Below, one piece after another: positions 9,690 to 19,056 of a stretch of DNA of 64,000 nucleotides. The DNA comes from Nitrospirota bacterium (GTDB taxonomy: Bacteria > Nitrospirota > Nitrospiria > Nitrospirales > Nitrospiraceae), in contig CAVPGK010000016.1 of the NCBI GenBank assembly GCA_963703955.1, forward strand, positions 96,001 through 160,000. Reading direction: 5' to 3'. The translations under genes were made by a program, and so were the position numbers. A model generated the notes under the pieces. That model was not told the DNA's origin, ran no database searches, and was given only the letters and a program-made list of their open reading frames with translations. Positions within the stretch are counted from its first letter, which is position 1; every line of letters starts with the position of its first letter.

Positions 9690-10151
9690 TCACGTCACTG
9701 AGTTCTTGACGAAGTATTGCTCCCACGCGTCCAGTGCTTCCGCCACGAAGTCTTCCGCGGCCACGCGCCGATAGGGAAGCTGAATCTTCAGCCGCCACCA
9801 AGGGCCTGCGCTCGCGGATAGGTGCGCTGGCATGACAGAGACGACCACTTCCGTAGTGGTTGGCGGATGCTTCACGTAGTCAGTGCGTTCCAGGTCGATG
9901 GTAATGTGTTGGCTGGCGTTTGCCAAATCTCGGCACACCCTCAGAGACTCGTGGAGCCCCAACGCATGTGTTACTGGCGTATTCAAATCGGGACGGTAGA
10001 CTTTGATCCAGTCCCACACGTGGTAAGTGGTCACTGCAAAGTTGAAAAGAGCTGAGCGCACGCTGGCCTCGTCCTTAGCGGACAGAGCCGACACCAGAGC
10101 AGCGCCATCTTGCCGAGCCTTGCCAAGTAACTCAGAGGGGGTTGAGTACAC
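9690..10151 (-). CDS. hypothetical HEPN-like protein
   Basis: Helical LFNFAVTTYHVWDW segment and CRDLANASQH motif. Confidence 0.6.
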   Translation of the reverse strand: MYSTPSELLGKARQDGAALVSALSAKDEASVRSALFNFAVTTYHVWDWIKVYRPDLNTPVTHALGLHESLRVCRDLANASQHITIDLERTDYVKHPPTTTEVVVSVMPAHLSASAGPWWRLKIQLPYRRVAAEDFVAEALDAWEQYFVKNSVT

Positions 10152-10350
10152 GGCCTTCAGCCACCTCCTCGCTTCGACATCAAAATAAACGTCAAATATC
10201 GAGTCATAGTAAACTACCCCACTATTGACTGATCGGCATAGCTCCCCTTCCCACCGCGATTACTCTCTCACTAAGTATTATCCGCCCTCAGGTTATGCTT
10301 TTGCCGCAATGAGGGTAATTCATATCCGTGCTCATAGTACAGCCCTCCTA

Positions 10351-10375
10351 TTTTGACAGGTTGTAATTGAGCGGG
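10351..10375 (+). promoter_or_regulatory. conserved upstream motif, copy 1
   Basis: TTTTGACAGGTtgtaaTTGAGCGGG; homolog at 11044-11067. Confidence 0.65.
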
Positions 10376-10431
10376 AGGCTCTGGGACGATGGACGAATGT
10401 CATCACCATCAACCAACGGGAAACTGGTGCC

Positions 10432-10701
10432 ATGCTGAATGATGCGCCCGTGACGATAGCAGTTTGGAATCAGTTGGTGTGTCTGGTGCGGGAGCCTAGC
10501 CAGCGGCGACCAGGCCAGCTTGCCTGGTGGGTCAGGCTCACGTTTGGCACGTTGGTCCCAAAACGGTTCGGGCCCTTTGGCTCGGAGGACGAAGCCATAC
10601 AGGCGTTTGAAGCCATCACCGCCGTTCTCGAAAGGACTCTGAAAGATGCAGCCTGTGATGCCGCGAACTCGGCGGGATATACGTTTGTCGAGGAGGTTTA
10701 G
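10432..10701 (+). CDS. small hypothetical phage-like protein (89 aa)
   Basis: ORF follows motif copy 1; GPFGSEDEA motif. Confidence 0.6.
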   Translation: MLNDAPVTIAVWNQLVCLVREPSQRRPGQLAWWVRLTFGTLVPKRFGPFGSEDEAIQAFEAITAVLERTLKDAACDAANSAGYTFVEEV

Positions 10702-10722
10702 GCCAACTACGGAGGTCGCACG

Positions 10723-10896
10723 TTGAAGGATCGCACCGTCAAGGTCTACGTCTCGCGAAGTGAAATAAGGAAAATTCAAACCCGAATACAGCAATTGAAA
10801 TTCAAGAACCGAAGCGCCTATCTGCGATGGCTCCTGGACGCCGAGGTCAAGCAATCCAAGTCAGGCTGCCCCGCGCCCGCATTTGGCTCAGGATGA
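10723..10896 (+). CDS. ribbon-helix-helix protein (57 aa)
   Basis: GGAGG RBS, TTG start; MKDRTVKVYVSRSEIRKIQTRIQQLKFKNRSAYLRWLLDAE. Confidence 0.7.
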   Translation: MKDRTVKVYVSRSEIRKIQTRIQQLKFKNRSAYLRWLLDAEVKQSKSGCPAPAFGSG

Positions 10897-11043
10897 TTGA
10901 TATCCTAGCCCACACTCCAGGGGATGATAGCGTCCGGCTCATCTTAGAGCCTTCCAGGCCCGCCTACACGGCGATATTTTTTGCAGGTACCTGCAATTGC
11001 TGAACGTCATCAGCCGGGCTCTGCCGAAAGCGGACGGCTCCTG

Positions 11044-11085
11044 TTTTGACAGGTGCTATTGAGCGGGTAGTTGTGATATGCTTAT
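11044..11085 (+). promoter_or_regulatory. conserved upstream motif, copy 2, with extended -10 TGaTATGCT
   Basis: TTTTGACAGGTgctaTTGAGCGGG then TG-n-TATGCT before a strong RBS. Confidence 0.65.
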
Positions 11086-11116
11086 AGGCTTGTGACAATT
11101 AACCGAGGAGACGAGG

Positions 11117-11353
11117 ATGAATACTGTGGCTCATCAGGACATGGAGTTATTGCAGGAAGCCTTTGCCATTATCGACAACAAGTCGGAGCAAGTACCGACG
11201 CGAGAGCATTTGGTCAACCTGCACGCGTACTACTTCCGCAAGCTGGTGAAGATTTACGAAGGCATGCGGAACATACAAATGATTGTCGATGGGCCGGTTT
11301 TGAATTTGACTGCTGAGAGCAACCACACACAAAAGGGGAAGGCGAAGTCATGA
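11117..11353 (+). CDS. small hypothetical protein (78 aa)
   Basis: AGGAG/GAGG RBS; follows motif copy 2. Confidence 0.65.
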   Translation: MNTVAHQDMELLQEAFAIIDNKSEQVPTREHLVNLHAYYFRKLVKIYEGMRNIQMIVDGPVLNLTAESNHTQKGKAKS

Positions 11354-11438
11354 ACAGCGTTTGCCGCCAAGACTGCCGTTCTCGACGGGGCGCTGTGGGA
11401 TGAACGGATGTCATCAACCAAAAACGAAGGAGGTCCAT

Positions 11439-11622
11439 GTGCGGTATGCATGGAAGGGTAACCCGAATGATGGCAGAATCCGGCTTTACTTCTCCCCGGA
11501 TGAAATAGCGGGCCGCCAAAGAACGGATGCGGCAACTTGGGATCGGAACGTTCAGCGACTATCTGCGATGGGTGCTGAAGGGCGAGGGTTGCAAAGAGGT
11601 CAGGCGGGAGGTCGATGAATGA
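11439..11622 (+). pseudogene. second RHH paralog with +1 frameshift near 11510
   Basis: AAGGAGG RBS; corrected IRLYFSPDEIAAAKERMRQLGIGTFSDYLRWVLKGE aligns to the 10723 protein; corrected stop overlaps the next ATG (ATGA). Confidence 0.7.
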
Positions 11623-11807
11623 GCGTATTCGAGATACTGAGCGGTGAACGAGAGAAGGTCCAGCGGCTACGGGATGCGCTGTCGGACCTCTTGGCCATGT
11701 GCCCGTCGTTGCCCAAACCGGGTACGGGTGCGGAACATATCTGGAATCAGCGAGTCGCCGCCGCTGAGGCCATCATGAAGTTGACGGAAACGAAGCACAA
11801 TGGTTGA
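11619..11807 (+). CDS. small hypothetical protein (62 aa)
   Basis: GGAGG RBS; coupled to the upstream RHH. Confidence 0.6.
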   Translation: MSVFEILSGEREKVQRLRDALSDLLAMCPSLPKPGTGAEHIWNQRVAAAEAIMKLTETKHNG

Positions 11808-12054
11808 GCAAACCAACCAGCCCACTCCGCGCACGCAGTTGCCACAGGATTAACGATCAGCATGCAGTCTGCTATCCCTCTCTTTTCAAATCCCCTTCCT
11901 TCCTTCGTGCGATCTCCCTCAACATTTTCCTTGACGGTTTCCTGATAGGACCGCTAGGTTTCTTCGGTAGAGGTAACCGCACCTTCAACTTCCGTTTCAT
12001 GGTTCGATGAATGCTCTAAACTCCGGCGCAAAGCAAAGATAGGGAGATTCTTAA

Positions 12055-12273
12055 ATGCATCAATGGCGCACTCTTAACAATCTTCAATTTCGCCTTGTTT
12101 CTTATGAAAGCCCTGGAACTGGCTGGATTCCTGCGGCTCAGATTCGGGAATCCACTGAAGGCATAGAAACCATAACACCGATTTGTGGCGACACTACTAA
12201 GCCTTTTGCTTCCGAGGAAGAGGCGAATAATGCTGCATTGGCAATGGCGATAGAATGGATGAACTCAAACTGA
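12055..12273 (+). CDS. small acidic hypothetical protein (72 aa)
   Basis: GGGAG RBS; GWIPAAQI...PFASEEEANNAA. Confidence 0.6.
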   Translation: MHQWRTLNNLQFRLVSYESPGTGWIPAAQIRESTEGIETITPICGDTTKPFASEEEANNAALAMAIEWMNSN

Positions 12274-12580
12274 CCACCTACACTTCATGCGACTGCTCTT
12301 GAAGGCGGAGGATCAATCCAAACCGCCTGTCCGGCACACACGGTTAGGATTAACGATCCGGGGATGAGGTGGACGTTGCTTTCTGACGGTCATCCAAGGA
12401 ACCACGTATGAGCATACGTAATTACGTCAGTCCCAGTTTTACTCCCGGTTCAGAGTCGTTTTTAATCACAATTAGGACCCTGTGAGACAGTCTAGGATTG
12501 AGTGAGAATAAGGCTCAAATGTTCTGATAAACCTCTCACTTATAATCTCTCTTAATCCCACTCAATCCCCATGCCTGTCA

Positions 12581-12636
12581 AAATCAAGTACATCTCTTGC
12601 GACGCAACGGTCTTTGCTTCTAAACCAAAGGCGTAG
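12581..12636 (+). pseudogene. displaced original 3' end of the 64-aa gene (right junction)
   Basis: Encodes IKYISCDATVFASKPKA* versus IKYISCDATVFAGKTKS* in the intact gene. Confidence 0.9.
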
Positions 12637-12759
12637 GTTGCGGCCACTTCATTATTACGGTTCAAGTCACGGCTGGAGCCGCGGGCGACGCGCTCACGCA
12701 ATCAGGACTCTCGCCGCAACTGTAACGTGGTCGGCTTGAAAAACTAAGGTCGAGTCTGC

Positions 12760-14109
12760 CTAATCAGTGGACGTGTGAGCGGCGGAGGGATCGAGGGGCA
12801 GGCGAAGATAAAATGTCGTGCCCACACCTTCTTTGCTTTCGACGGTAATCCGGCCTTTATGCGCATCCACGACATCCTTGATAATCTTCATCCCCAATCC
12901 CGTCCCGCCGGCTTTGCGGCTGAAGATACGAGACGTAAACAGACTGTCGCGGACCTCAGGGGGCATCCCTCGTCCGGTGTCGGCGACCGACACGATGACA
13001 TCGCCGGTGGTGCCGTCCACATGCCCTCGAACGGTCACCATGCCGCCTGCAGGCACCTCAGGGATCGCATTGTTCACCAGATTATAGAAGGCATTATAGA
13101 GACGGCGTTCGTCGGCCTGAATAATCGGCAACTGATCCAAATCGTCGCTCAGGAGTCTGACTTTCTTTTCTTCCGCGATCATGCGAAGGATTTTTAATAC
13201 GTTCACAACCACATCAGCTATCCGGCAGGATGTGAACTGAGGCGGCGTGCTGAGACCTTTGACACAATCGGCAATTTCCTTCACACGATCGTTGATGCGT
13301 TGCGCGCCATCACTCACCATCGAAATTACGTCATCGCACAAGGCTTGACTCTCCTGTGCCTTCCCCGCATTGGTCTTCGCGACCTCGACGACGAGATCGT
13401 CAATCTCTGACTTCAGCACTCCGGCGCCGCAGGTAATCGGCATCAACAAGTTCTTGACATCGTGACTGATATCTCCCAGGACACGAGCCACCTCCGCCAG
13501 CTTGACATCCTCTTGCAAGCGCGCATGCTCGATCACCGTTGCCGTGAGCGCGGAAATAATAGACAGGATCGAGAGGTCATCACGGTTGAGCTGTCCTTCT
13601 CGTTTGTTCATCACTTCAATGACCCCGATGGCCTCTCCTTCCCATTGCTTCAACGGCAGCACAATCATGTCTTGCGTCTGATAACCCGTCGCTGAGTCAA
13701 TACTGGGACAATGACGCCCATCCTCTTTGGCGTTTGCAACCACCTCCGGTTCACCCGACTTAAAGACAGAGCCGGCGAGGCCATGATGCCAGGGAATCCC
13801 AGTCCCACGAGCGACAGGCTTTTCCCCGATCGAGTGGCGAAACACCAGTTGCTTTGATTCTCGATCCGCCAGGAGCACAGACCCTGTCTCTGCATTGACG
13901 AGTTCCAACGCAGTGCGTAGGGCGTGCTCAATCAGCTCGTCGACATCGGTATATTGAAAAAGGGCTTGGCAGATATGGCGAACCGCCTCAAGCTCGCGCT
14001 CGCGGGCGCGAAGCCGTCGATCTTGCTGTCTTCGATAGGCGGACCGCCGTTCAGAAGAAGGTGACAAGGGAAAGGGCGCCTGTGTATCGGAAGGCATTAT
14101 CATTACCAA
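12760..14109 (-). CDS. GAF sensor histidine kinase
   Basis: GAF domain; H-box ISHDVKN; NLVNNA, DTGRG, GTGLG boxes. Confidence 0.92.
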   Translation of the reverse strand: MVMIMPSDTQAPFPLSPSSERRSAYRRQQDRRLRARERELEAVRHICQALFQYTDVDELIEHALRTALELVNAETGSVLLADRESKQLVFRHSIGEKPVARGTGIPWHHGLAGSVFKSGEPEVVANAKEDGRHCPSIDSATGYQTQDMIVLPLKQWEGEAIGVIEVMNKREGQLNRDDLSILSIISALTATVIEHARLQEDVKLAEVARVLGDISHDVKNLLMPITCGAGVLKSEIDDLVVEVAKTNAGKAQESQALCDDVISMVSDGAQRINDRVKEIADCVKGLSTPPQFTSCRIADVVVNVLKILRMIAEEKKVRLLSDDLDQLPIIQADERRLYNAFYNLVNNAIPEVPAGGMVTVRGHVDGTTGDVIVSVADTGRGMPPEVRDSLFTSRIFSRKAGGTGLGMKIIKDVVDAHKGRITVESKEGVGTTFYLRLPLDPSAAHTSTD

Positions 14110-14343
14110 TACGGTATTGGGTGGCTGAAAGGTCTTAGCACCAAGAGTTGGACCGTGACGTAATACTAGTATTTCTTACTGACGAAGGATGGGCAGAAAG
14201 CCTCATCTAGAACCTAAATCAGAAGCTCGACTGTACGCTGTTAACCCTCGGGTTTTCAAGTGGAGACCCCGCCCGTCAGCCTTGACTCTACAAACGGGTA
14301 ATGGCAAGTTTTTTGTCCCAGGGCCTCGTAGCGGAAAAGAGTC

Positions 14344-14706
14344 ATGAAAACGATTCTTGTGATTGACGACGATCGCGACGTGAGAGCCATCATCCGAATG
14401 CGGTTGGAGGCCGCGCGATATCGCATTCTTGAAGCCTCCGATGGCAACGAGGCGTTGGAACTCGCCCAAAATGAGCATCCCGACCTTCTACTCTTGGACA
14501 TGACGATGCCCGGCATAAGCGGCATTGAAGTTGTTGAACGTTTGCGGGGGGATCCGGCAACGGCGCATATTCCCGTGATGTTGATCAGCGGCGCGGAAGA
14601 GATTGCCGATAAACAATTTGCCCTGACCATCAAGGCAAATGATTATCTGGTCAAACCGATCGATGGGAAAGAACTCTTGGAGAGAGTTCGGAGTATTCTG
14701 GGGTAG
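14344..14706 (+). CDS. single-domain response regulator
   Basis: ILVIDDD, LLLDMTMP, YLVKP. Confidence 0.93.
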   Translation: MKTILVIDDDRDVRAIIRMRLEAARYRILEASDGNEALELAQNEHPDLLLLDMTMPGISGIEVVERLRGDPATAHIPVMLISGAEEIADKQFALTIKANDYLVKPIDGKELLERVRSILG

Positions 14707-14710
14707 GGAG

Positions 14711-16366
14711 TTACCGATCGCTTGCTGAAACTCGCTTGGCGAGCCGATGAGCGAGGCGCAACATGGCCGGCGATCGATCCGCAGGATTTAACAGCACATT
14801 CAAAAGATGCAGGCGGTCTTTGTCGGCGAGCGCCGCTTTGAAGGCCTGCACCAATTCACCCTGGGTCGCAACACGATACCCGACGCCCCCTCCGATCAGC
14901 TCACAGGTCTTTTCGTATCGCCATTCATGCACATCGTTAAACGGCCCGTCGAGGATCTCGCGCTCGGTCGAGTATCCCCGGTTGTTGAGAACCACGACGA
15001 TCGGCGCCTGACCGTAGCGGACGCAGGTCGCCAGTTCCGAACCTGTCATCTGAAAGGCGCCGTCGCCCACCAAGACGATCGGCCGCAAGGATGGATCGGC
15101 GAATCCCGCACCTACCGCAGCCGGCACAGCAAAGCCCATAGACGTGTAATAGGCCGGCGACATGAATTCGCTGCGGCTGTGGACACGCAGGTCGGCCCCC
15201 GCAAACAATGACTCCCCGATGTCGGCAATGACCAGCATCTTCTCATCCAACAGCGCTTCCAGATGGCCGAAGAGCCCGCGCAACGTCATGGCTTGGTCCG
15301 GAACGGATGGCTCGACGGAACCGGTGTCGAACGTCGGCAGAGGGCGCGAGGGAAAGGACGGCAGCGGCGCAACCACGAGGGCGCGGATAAAATCTTCAAA
15401 GAACACGCGTTCATACCGGTGGTGTTTGATGGTGATCGCGTCGGCCGTTGCATGGATGGTTCGGCCTGCTCTCATGAGAGGCGAATTCGCATCGAGGTCT
15501 TCGATGTCCGTGAGAATCGAGCCGAGCATGACGAGGCAATCGGCCTCATTCACGAACTTTTGGACTTCGTCACGCCCAACGAGCCCGCCGTAGACCCCAA
15601 CAAAGAGCGGATGGTTTTCGCTGATGACGGATTTTCCCAGGAGGGTCGAGGTCACAGGAATATTCATACGCTCCGCGAGTCGGGACACCTCATCCTGGAG
15701 GTGGAAACGATGCACCTCTGCGCCGACCAACAGGACCGGGTTTTCCACCGCAGCGAGCATGTCTCGCACCTCGGCGACCGCTTCCGCCAACGCGGCCGGA
15801 TCACTGTGCGCATCCGGCTCGGTGTGAGATCTCTGTGAGGATTCGATCGGAGCATGGACGAGATCGCGCGGGATCTCCAAATAGATGGGGCGCTTGTACC
15901 GCACCAGCGCGGCCAGCGCACGGTCGATGGTTCGCTCCGCCGTCAGCGGATCGTCCAGCACGGCGGAGACGACGGTGACCTTTTCGAACACTTCTTTTTG
16001 AGTCGTAAAATCCCGCACCATGTGGTGCAGCAGCGGATTACGAACTCGCTCGGACAGCCCGGGCGATCCTGAGAGGAGGACCACCGGGGACCGCTCCGCA
16101 TAGGCGCATGCGATGGCATTGACGACATTGAGTCCCCCCACGCAATAGGTCACGCACACGGCGCCGATTCCCTTGAGCCGCGCGTAGGCGTCCGCCGCAA
16201 ACCCTGCGCAGTCCTCTCGCGTGGTTCCGATGAGCCGGATGGGAGATTGGTCGATCAATTCGTACAAACTCAGGACATAATCACCTGGGATGCCGAAAAT
16301 ATGCCGGAGCCCTAAGCGGTGCAATCGATCGAGCAGAATTGAGCCGATGGTATTCGTCGAGGGCAT
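14711..16366 (-). CDS. TPP-dependent alpha-keto acid (indolepyruvate-type) decarboxylase
   Basis: FGIPGDY, GFAADAYAR, LLHH, GDGAFQMT...NNRGY. Confidence 0.92.
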   Translation of the reverse strand: MPSTNTIGSILLDRLHRLGLRHIFGIPGDYVLSLYELIDQSPIRLIGTTREDCAGFAADAYARLKGIGAVCVTYCVGGLNVVNAIACAYAERSPVVLLSGSPGLSERVRNPLLHHMVRDFTTQKEVFEKVTVVSAVLDDPLTAERTIDRALAALVRYKRPIYLEIPRDLVHAPIESSQRSHTEPDAHSDPAALAEAVAEVRDMLAAVENPVLLVGAEVHRFHLQDEVSRLAERMNIPVTSTLLGKSVISENHPLFVGVYGGLVGRDEVQKFVNEADCLVMLGSILTDIEDLDANSPLMRAGRTIHATADAITIKHHRYERVFFEDFIRALVVAPLPSFPSRPLPTFDTGSVEPSVPDQAMTLRGLFGHLEALLDEKMLVIADIGESLFAGADLRVHSRSEFMSPAYYTSMGFAVPAAVGAGFADPSLRPIVLVGDGAFQMTGSELATCVRYGQAPIVVVLNNRGYSTEREILDGPFNDVHEWRYEKTCELIGGGVGYRVATQGELVQAFKAALADKDRLHLLNVLLNPADRSPAMLRLAHRLAKRVSASDR

Positions 16367-16482
16367 GGTATCCTCCAGGCCGAACTGTATCCTCAGACGA
16401 CGGAAAAATCCAGACGATCAGCGAGGCAGGGAGGCCGTGCGACGACGGTGTCCCATTCCGACCTATTGGCAAGAGACGGACC

Positions 16483-18456
16483 ATGAGCCGTGAACAGACC
16501 CCGGTCGTTCCGGCTACGGTGACTCTTCCCGAGATCACCGTCAAGGCGGTCGCGCTGTCGATTATTCTGGCAACGATCCTCGCCGCCGCCAACGCGTATC
16601 TGGGGCTCTTCGCCGGCATGACCGTCTCCGCCTCCATCCCGGCTGCCGTCGCATCGATGGCGATTCTTCGAGCATTCCGCCGCTCAAACATTCTTGAAAA
16701 CAATATCGTTCAAACAGCGGCGTCATCCGGCGAAGCGCTTGCCGCAGGGGTCATCTTCACGATCCCGGCGCTGCTCCTTGTCGGGTATTGGTCGGCCTTC
16801 GACTATTGGGAGACCGTTGCGATCTCCGGTGTGGGAGGCCTGTTGGGCGTGCTGTTTACCATCCCCCTTCGGCGCGCATTGATCCTGAAGGCGAGCTTGC
16901 GATTTCCTGAAGGCGTCGCCACCGCAGAGGTGCTGAAGGTCGGATCCGCCATGCCGAACCAGGGAGAGCGGGAGAGCAGTCACACCAAGTCCACGGGAGA
17001 CTTTCGCACGCTGCTGTCGGCCGCTCTCCTCGGCAGCGCCGTGAAGCTCGGCGAAAGCGGATTCCGCCTGTGGGCTGATGCCTGGGAAGGCGCCACCCAG
17101 CTAGGACGCTCGGTCATGTATCTGGGCATGAATCTGTCCCCGGCGCTTCTCGCGGTCGGATTCTTGATCGGCCTGAATACGGCAGTCGTGGTGTTTCTGG
17201 GCGGAGCAGTCGGCTGGCTAATTCTCATGCCGGCCTATGGCGTATGGATGGGGCTTCCAGACAGCATGAACGAAATGGCGGCAGCGAAAGCTTTGTGGAG
17301 CGCCCACATTCGCTATGTGGGAATCGGCGCGATGCTGGTTGGGGGCCTGTGGACACTCCTGCAGCTTCGCGAGCCGATCCTTGAGAGCGTCCGCAACCTC
17401 AAAGAGACCTATGGACAGGCAGCGACTGCCGCGATGCCTTCGACGAGACCATCCCGCCTCGAGCGCGATGCTTCGTTGCCTTGGATCCTCACGCCGTTGA
17501 TCCTCTCGCTGATCCCGATGGCGCTGATCTATACGAGCGTCGTCGGCCGGTTCTGGATCGGCGCGGTCATGACGGTGGTCATGACCGTCGCCGCATTCTT
17601 GTTTTCAGCCGTCGCGGCCTACATGGCCGGGCTTGTGGGAAGCTCGAGCAATCCTGTCTCAGGGGTGACGATTGCGACCCTGATGCTCTCTGCCCTTTTG
17701 CTGGTCGTCTTCCTTGGACAGGGACATCCCGCGGGACCGGCTGCGGCGCTTGTCATCAGCGCGGTCGTGTGCTGCGCGGCCGCGATGGGCGGGGACAATA
17801 TGCAAGACCTCAAGACCGGACAGATCGTGGGTGCCACCCCGTGGAAACAACAAATCATGCAGGTCATCGGTGTTGCCACGGCTGCTGTGGTCATCGTGCC
17901 GGTGTTGACGCTGCTAGAAGCCAAGTACGGCATCGGTGACGTGACAGTCGACCATCCTCACCCGTTGAGCGCTCCTCAAGCGACGCTGATGGCGAGCCTG
18001 GCCCGCAGCGTGTTTGGCGAGGGTCTGCCTTGGCTATTGGTCGGGCTCGGCGCAGTGCTCGGCGTGCTGGTGATCCTCCTCGATCGCCGCCGGCAATCCA
18101 AAGAGGCAGCCTTTCGGGTGCCGGTCTTGGCGTTCGCGTTGGGAATCTACCTTCCCTTGAAGCTGTCCGCTGCAATTCTCGTCGGAGGCATCATTGCCGC
18201 GTGCGCCCAAAGAGCGTCATCTCGCCAGGAAGGAGCTGTCGCGCGCCGAGGGCTCTTGTTTGCCGCTGGACTTATCACTGGAGAGGCGTTGATGGGGATC
18301 ATCCTGGCATTGCCGATCGCGCTCAGCAGCATGTGGCCGTCTCTGGGAACTGATCCGCTCGCTCTGTTCCCCGAACCACCACTTGGCGCGTGGCCCGGGC
18401 TGGCGGTGGTGGTGATCGTTGCTACTCTCCTGTACCGCAGCGCTGTTGATCGTTAG
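16483..18456 (+). CDS. OPT-family oligopeptide transporter
   Basis: NAYLGLFAGMTVSASIPAAV, LRFPEG, QDLKTG, APQA. Confidence 0.93.
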   Translation: MSREQTPVVPATVTLPEITVKAVALSIILATILAAANAYLGLFAGMTVSASIPAAVASMAILRAFRRSNILENNIVQTAASSGEALAAGVIFTIPALLLVGYWSAFDYWETVAISGVGGLLGVLFTIPLRRALILKASLRFPEGVATAEVLKVGSAMPNQGERESSHTKSTGDFRTLLSAALLGSAVKLGESGFRLWADAWEGATQLGRSVMYLGMNLSPALLAVGFLIGLNTAVVVFLGGAVGWLILMPAYGVWMGLPDSMNEMAAAKALWSAHIRYVGIGAMLVGGLWTLLQLREPILESVRNLKETYGQAATAAMPSTRPSRLERDASLPWILTPLILSLIPMALIYTSVVGRFWIGAVMTVVMTVAAFLFSAVAAYMAGLVGSSSNPVSGVTIATLMLSALLLVVFLGQGHPAGPAAALVISAVVCCAAAMGGDNMQDLKTGQIVGATPWKQQIMQVIGVATAAVVIVPVLTLLEAKYGIGDVTVDHPHPLSAPQATLMASLARSVFGEGLPWLLVGLGAVLGVLVILLDRRRQSKEAAFRVPVLAFALGIYLPLKLSAAILVGGIIAACAQRASSRQEGAVARRGLLFAAGLITGEALMGIILALPIALSSMWPSLGTDPLALFPEPPLGAWPGLAVVVIVATLLYRSAVDR

Positions 18457-18936
18457 TCAGTCGGAAGGTGGTTCGAAGTGCCCCGGCGGTCGTGTTTGCC
18501 ATGGAAGCGTGGCGTGTTTCGATTGCTTCACCAGACTCCGAAGGTTGACCTCAGCCGCCCTGAGAAGCTTCGGATCGCCACTTTGGATGAGGGCGGTCAG
18601 GAGCACATAGAGGTCAGGCGCCTCTCGGTGGCCAAGCAAGATCTGCTCGATCATGGGATTAATCGCGTCACCTGGCGGGTCTGTACCATCACCATCAGGG
18701 TCAGCGCCATCAGAGTCAGCGTTAAGGAGATCCAGATGCCGCGGATCCGCATGGAGCCATGAAGGGTGGACTCCGAAAGCGGAGGCGAGTGTGGCCAGTG
18801 TGGAAACGGGGGGATCCAGCTCACCTGTCTCGATAGCCTCTAGCGACGAACCCTCCAATCCTGTTCTTGCCGCCAGCGCCGCAATCGACAGTCCGCGCGC
18901 CACCCGCCAGACTTGAATGTTCATTCCGATCGACAT
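18457..18936 (-). CDS. XRE-family HTH regulator, leaderless
   Basis: HTH RGLSIAALAARTGL...IETG; TTGCCT-N17-TATTAT 6 nt before the ATG. Confidence 0.85.
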   Translation of the reverse strand: MSIGMNIQVWRVARGLSIAALAARTGLEGSSLEAIETGELDPPVSTLATLASAFGVHPSWLHADPRHLDLLNADSDGADPDGDGTDPPGDAINPMIEQILLGHREAPDLYVLLTALIQSGDPKLLRAAEVNLRSLVKQSKHATLPWQTRPPGHFEPPSD

Positions 18937-19056
18937 GGCGAGATAATACTCAATCGATGGAAGTGAGGCAACCCGAGGGCCTTAGGCCTAGGCCAGTGAC
19001 GCCTGATCTGCCCGCGCTTGACACGTTCGAACATCGCTGTGTAAGGTGACGCCCGT

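Larger units (their letters stand above)
8907..12596. mobile_element. tyrosine-integrase element / prophage remnant
   Basis: 16-bp direct repeat AAATCAAGTACATCTC at 8907-8922 and 12581-12596; integrase fragment next to the left copy; phage-like small ORFs. Confidence 0.9.

Noticed and set aside
10981..11040. Hammerhead ribozyme or fluoride riboswitch (minus-strand GCTGATGAC)
   Set aside because: No stem II followed by GAAA, and no upstream GAUGG pseudoknot strand
11872..12000. 42-aa highly basic minus-strand ORF MKRKLKVRLPLPKK...
   Set aside because: No RBS and no recognisable family; cannot be supported
14135..14165. CIRCE-like TTAGCAC
   Set aside because: The second half-site GAGTGCTAA is absent and it is not upstream of a chaperone gene
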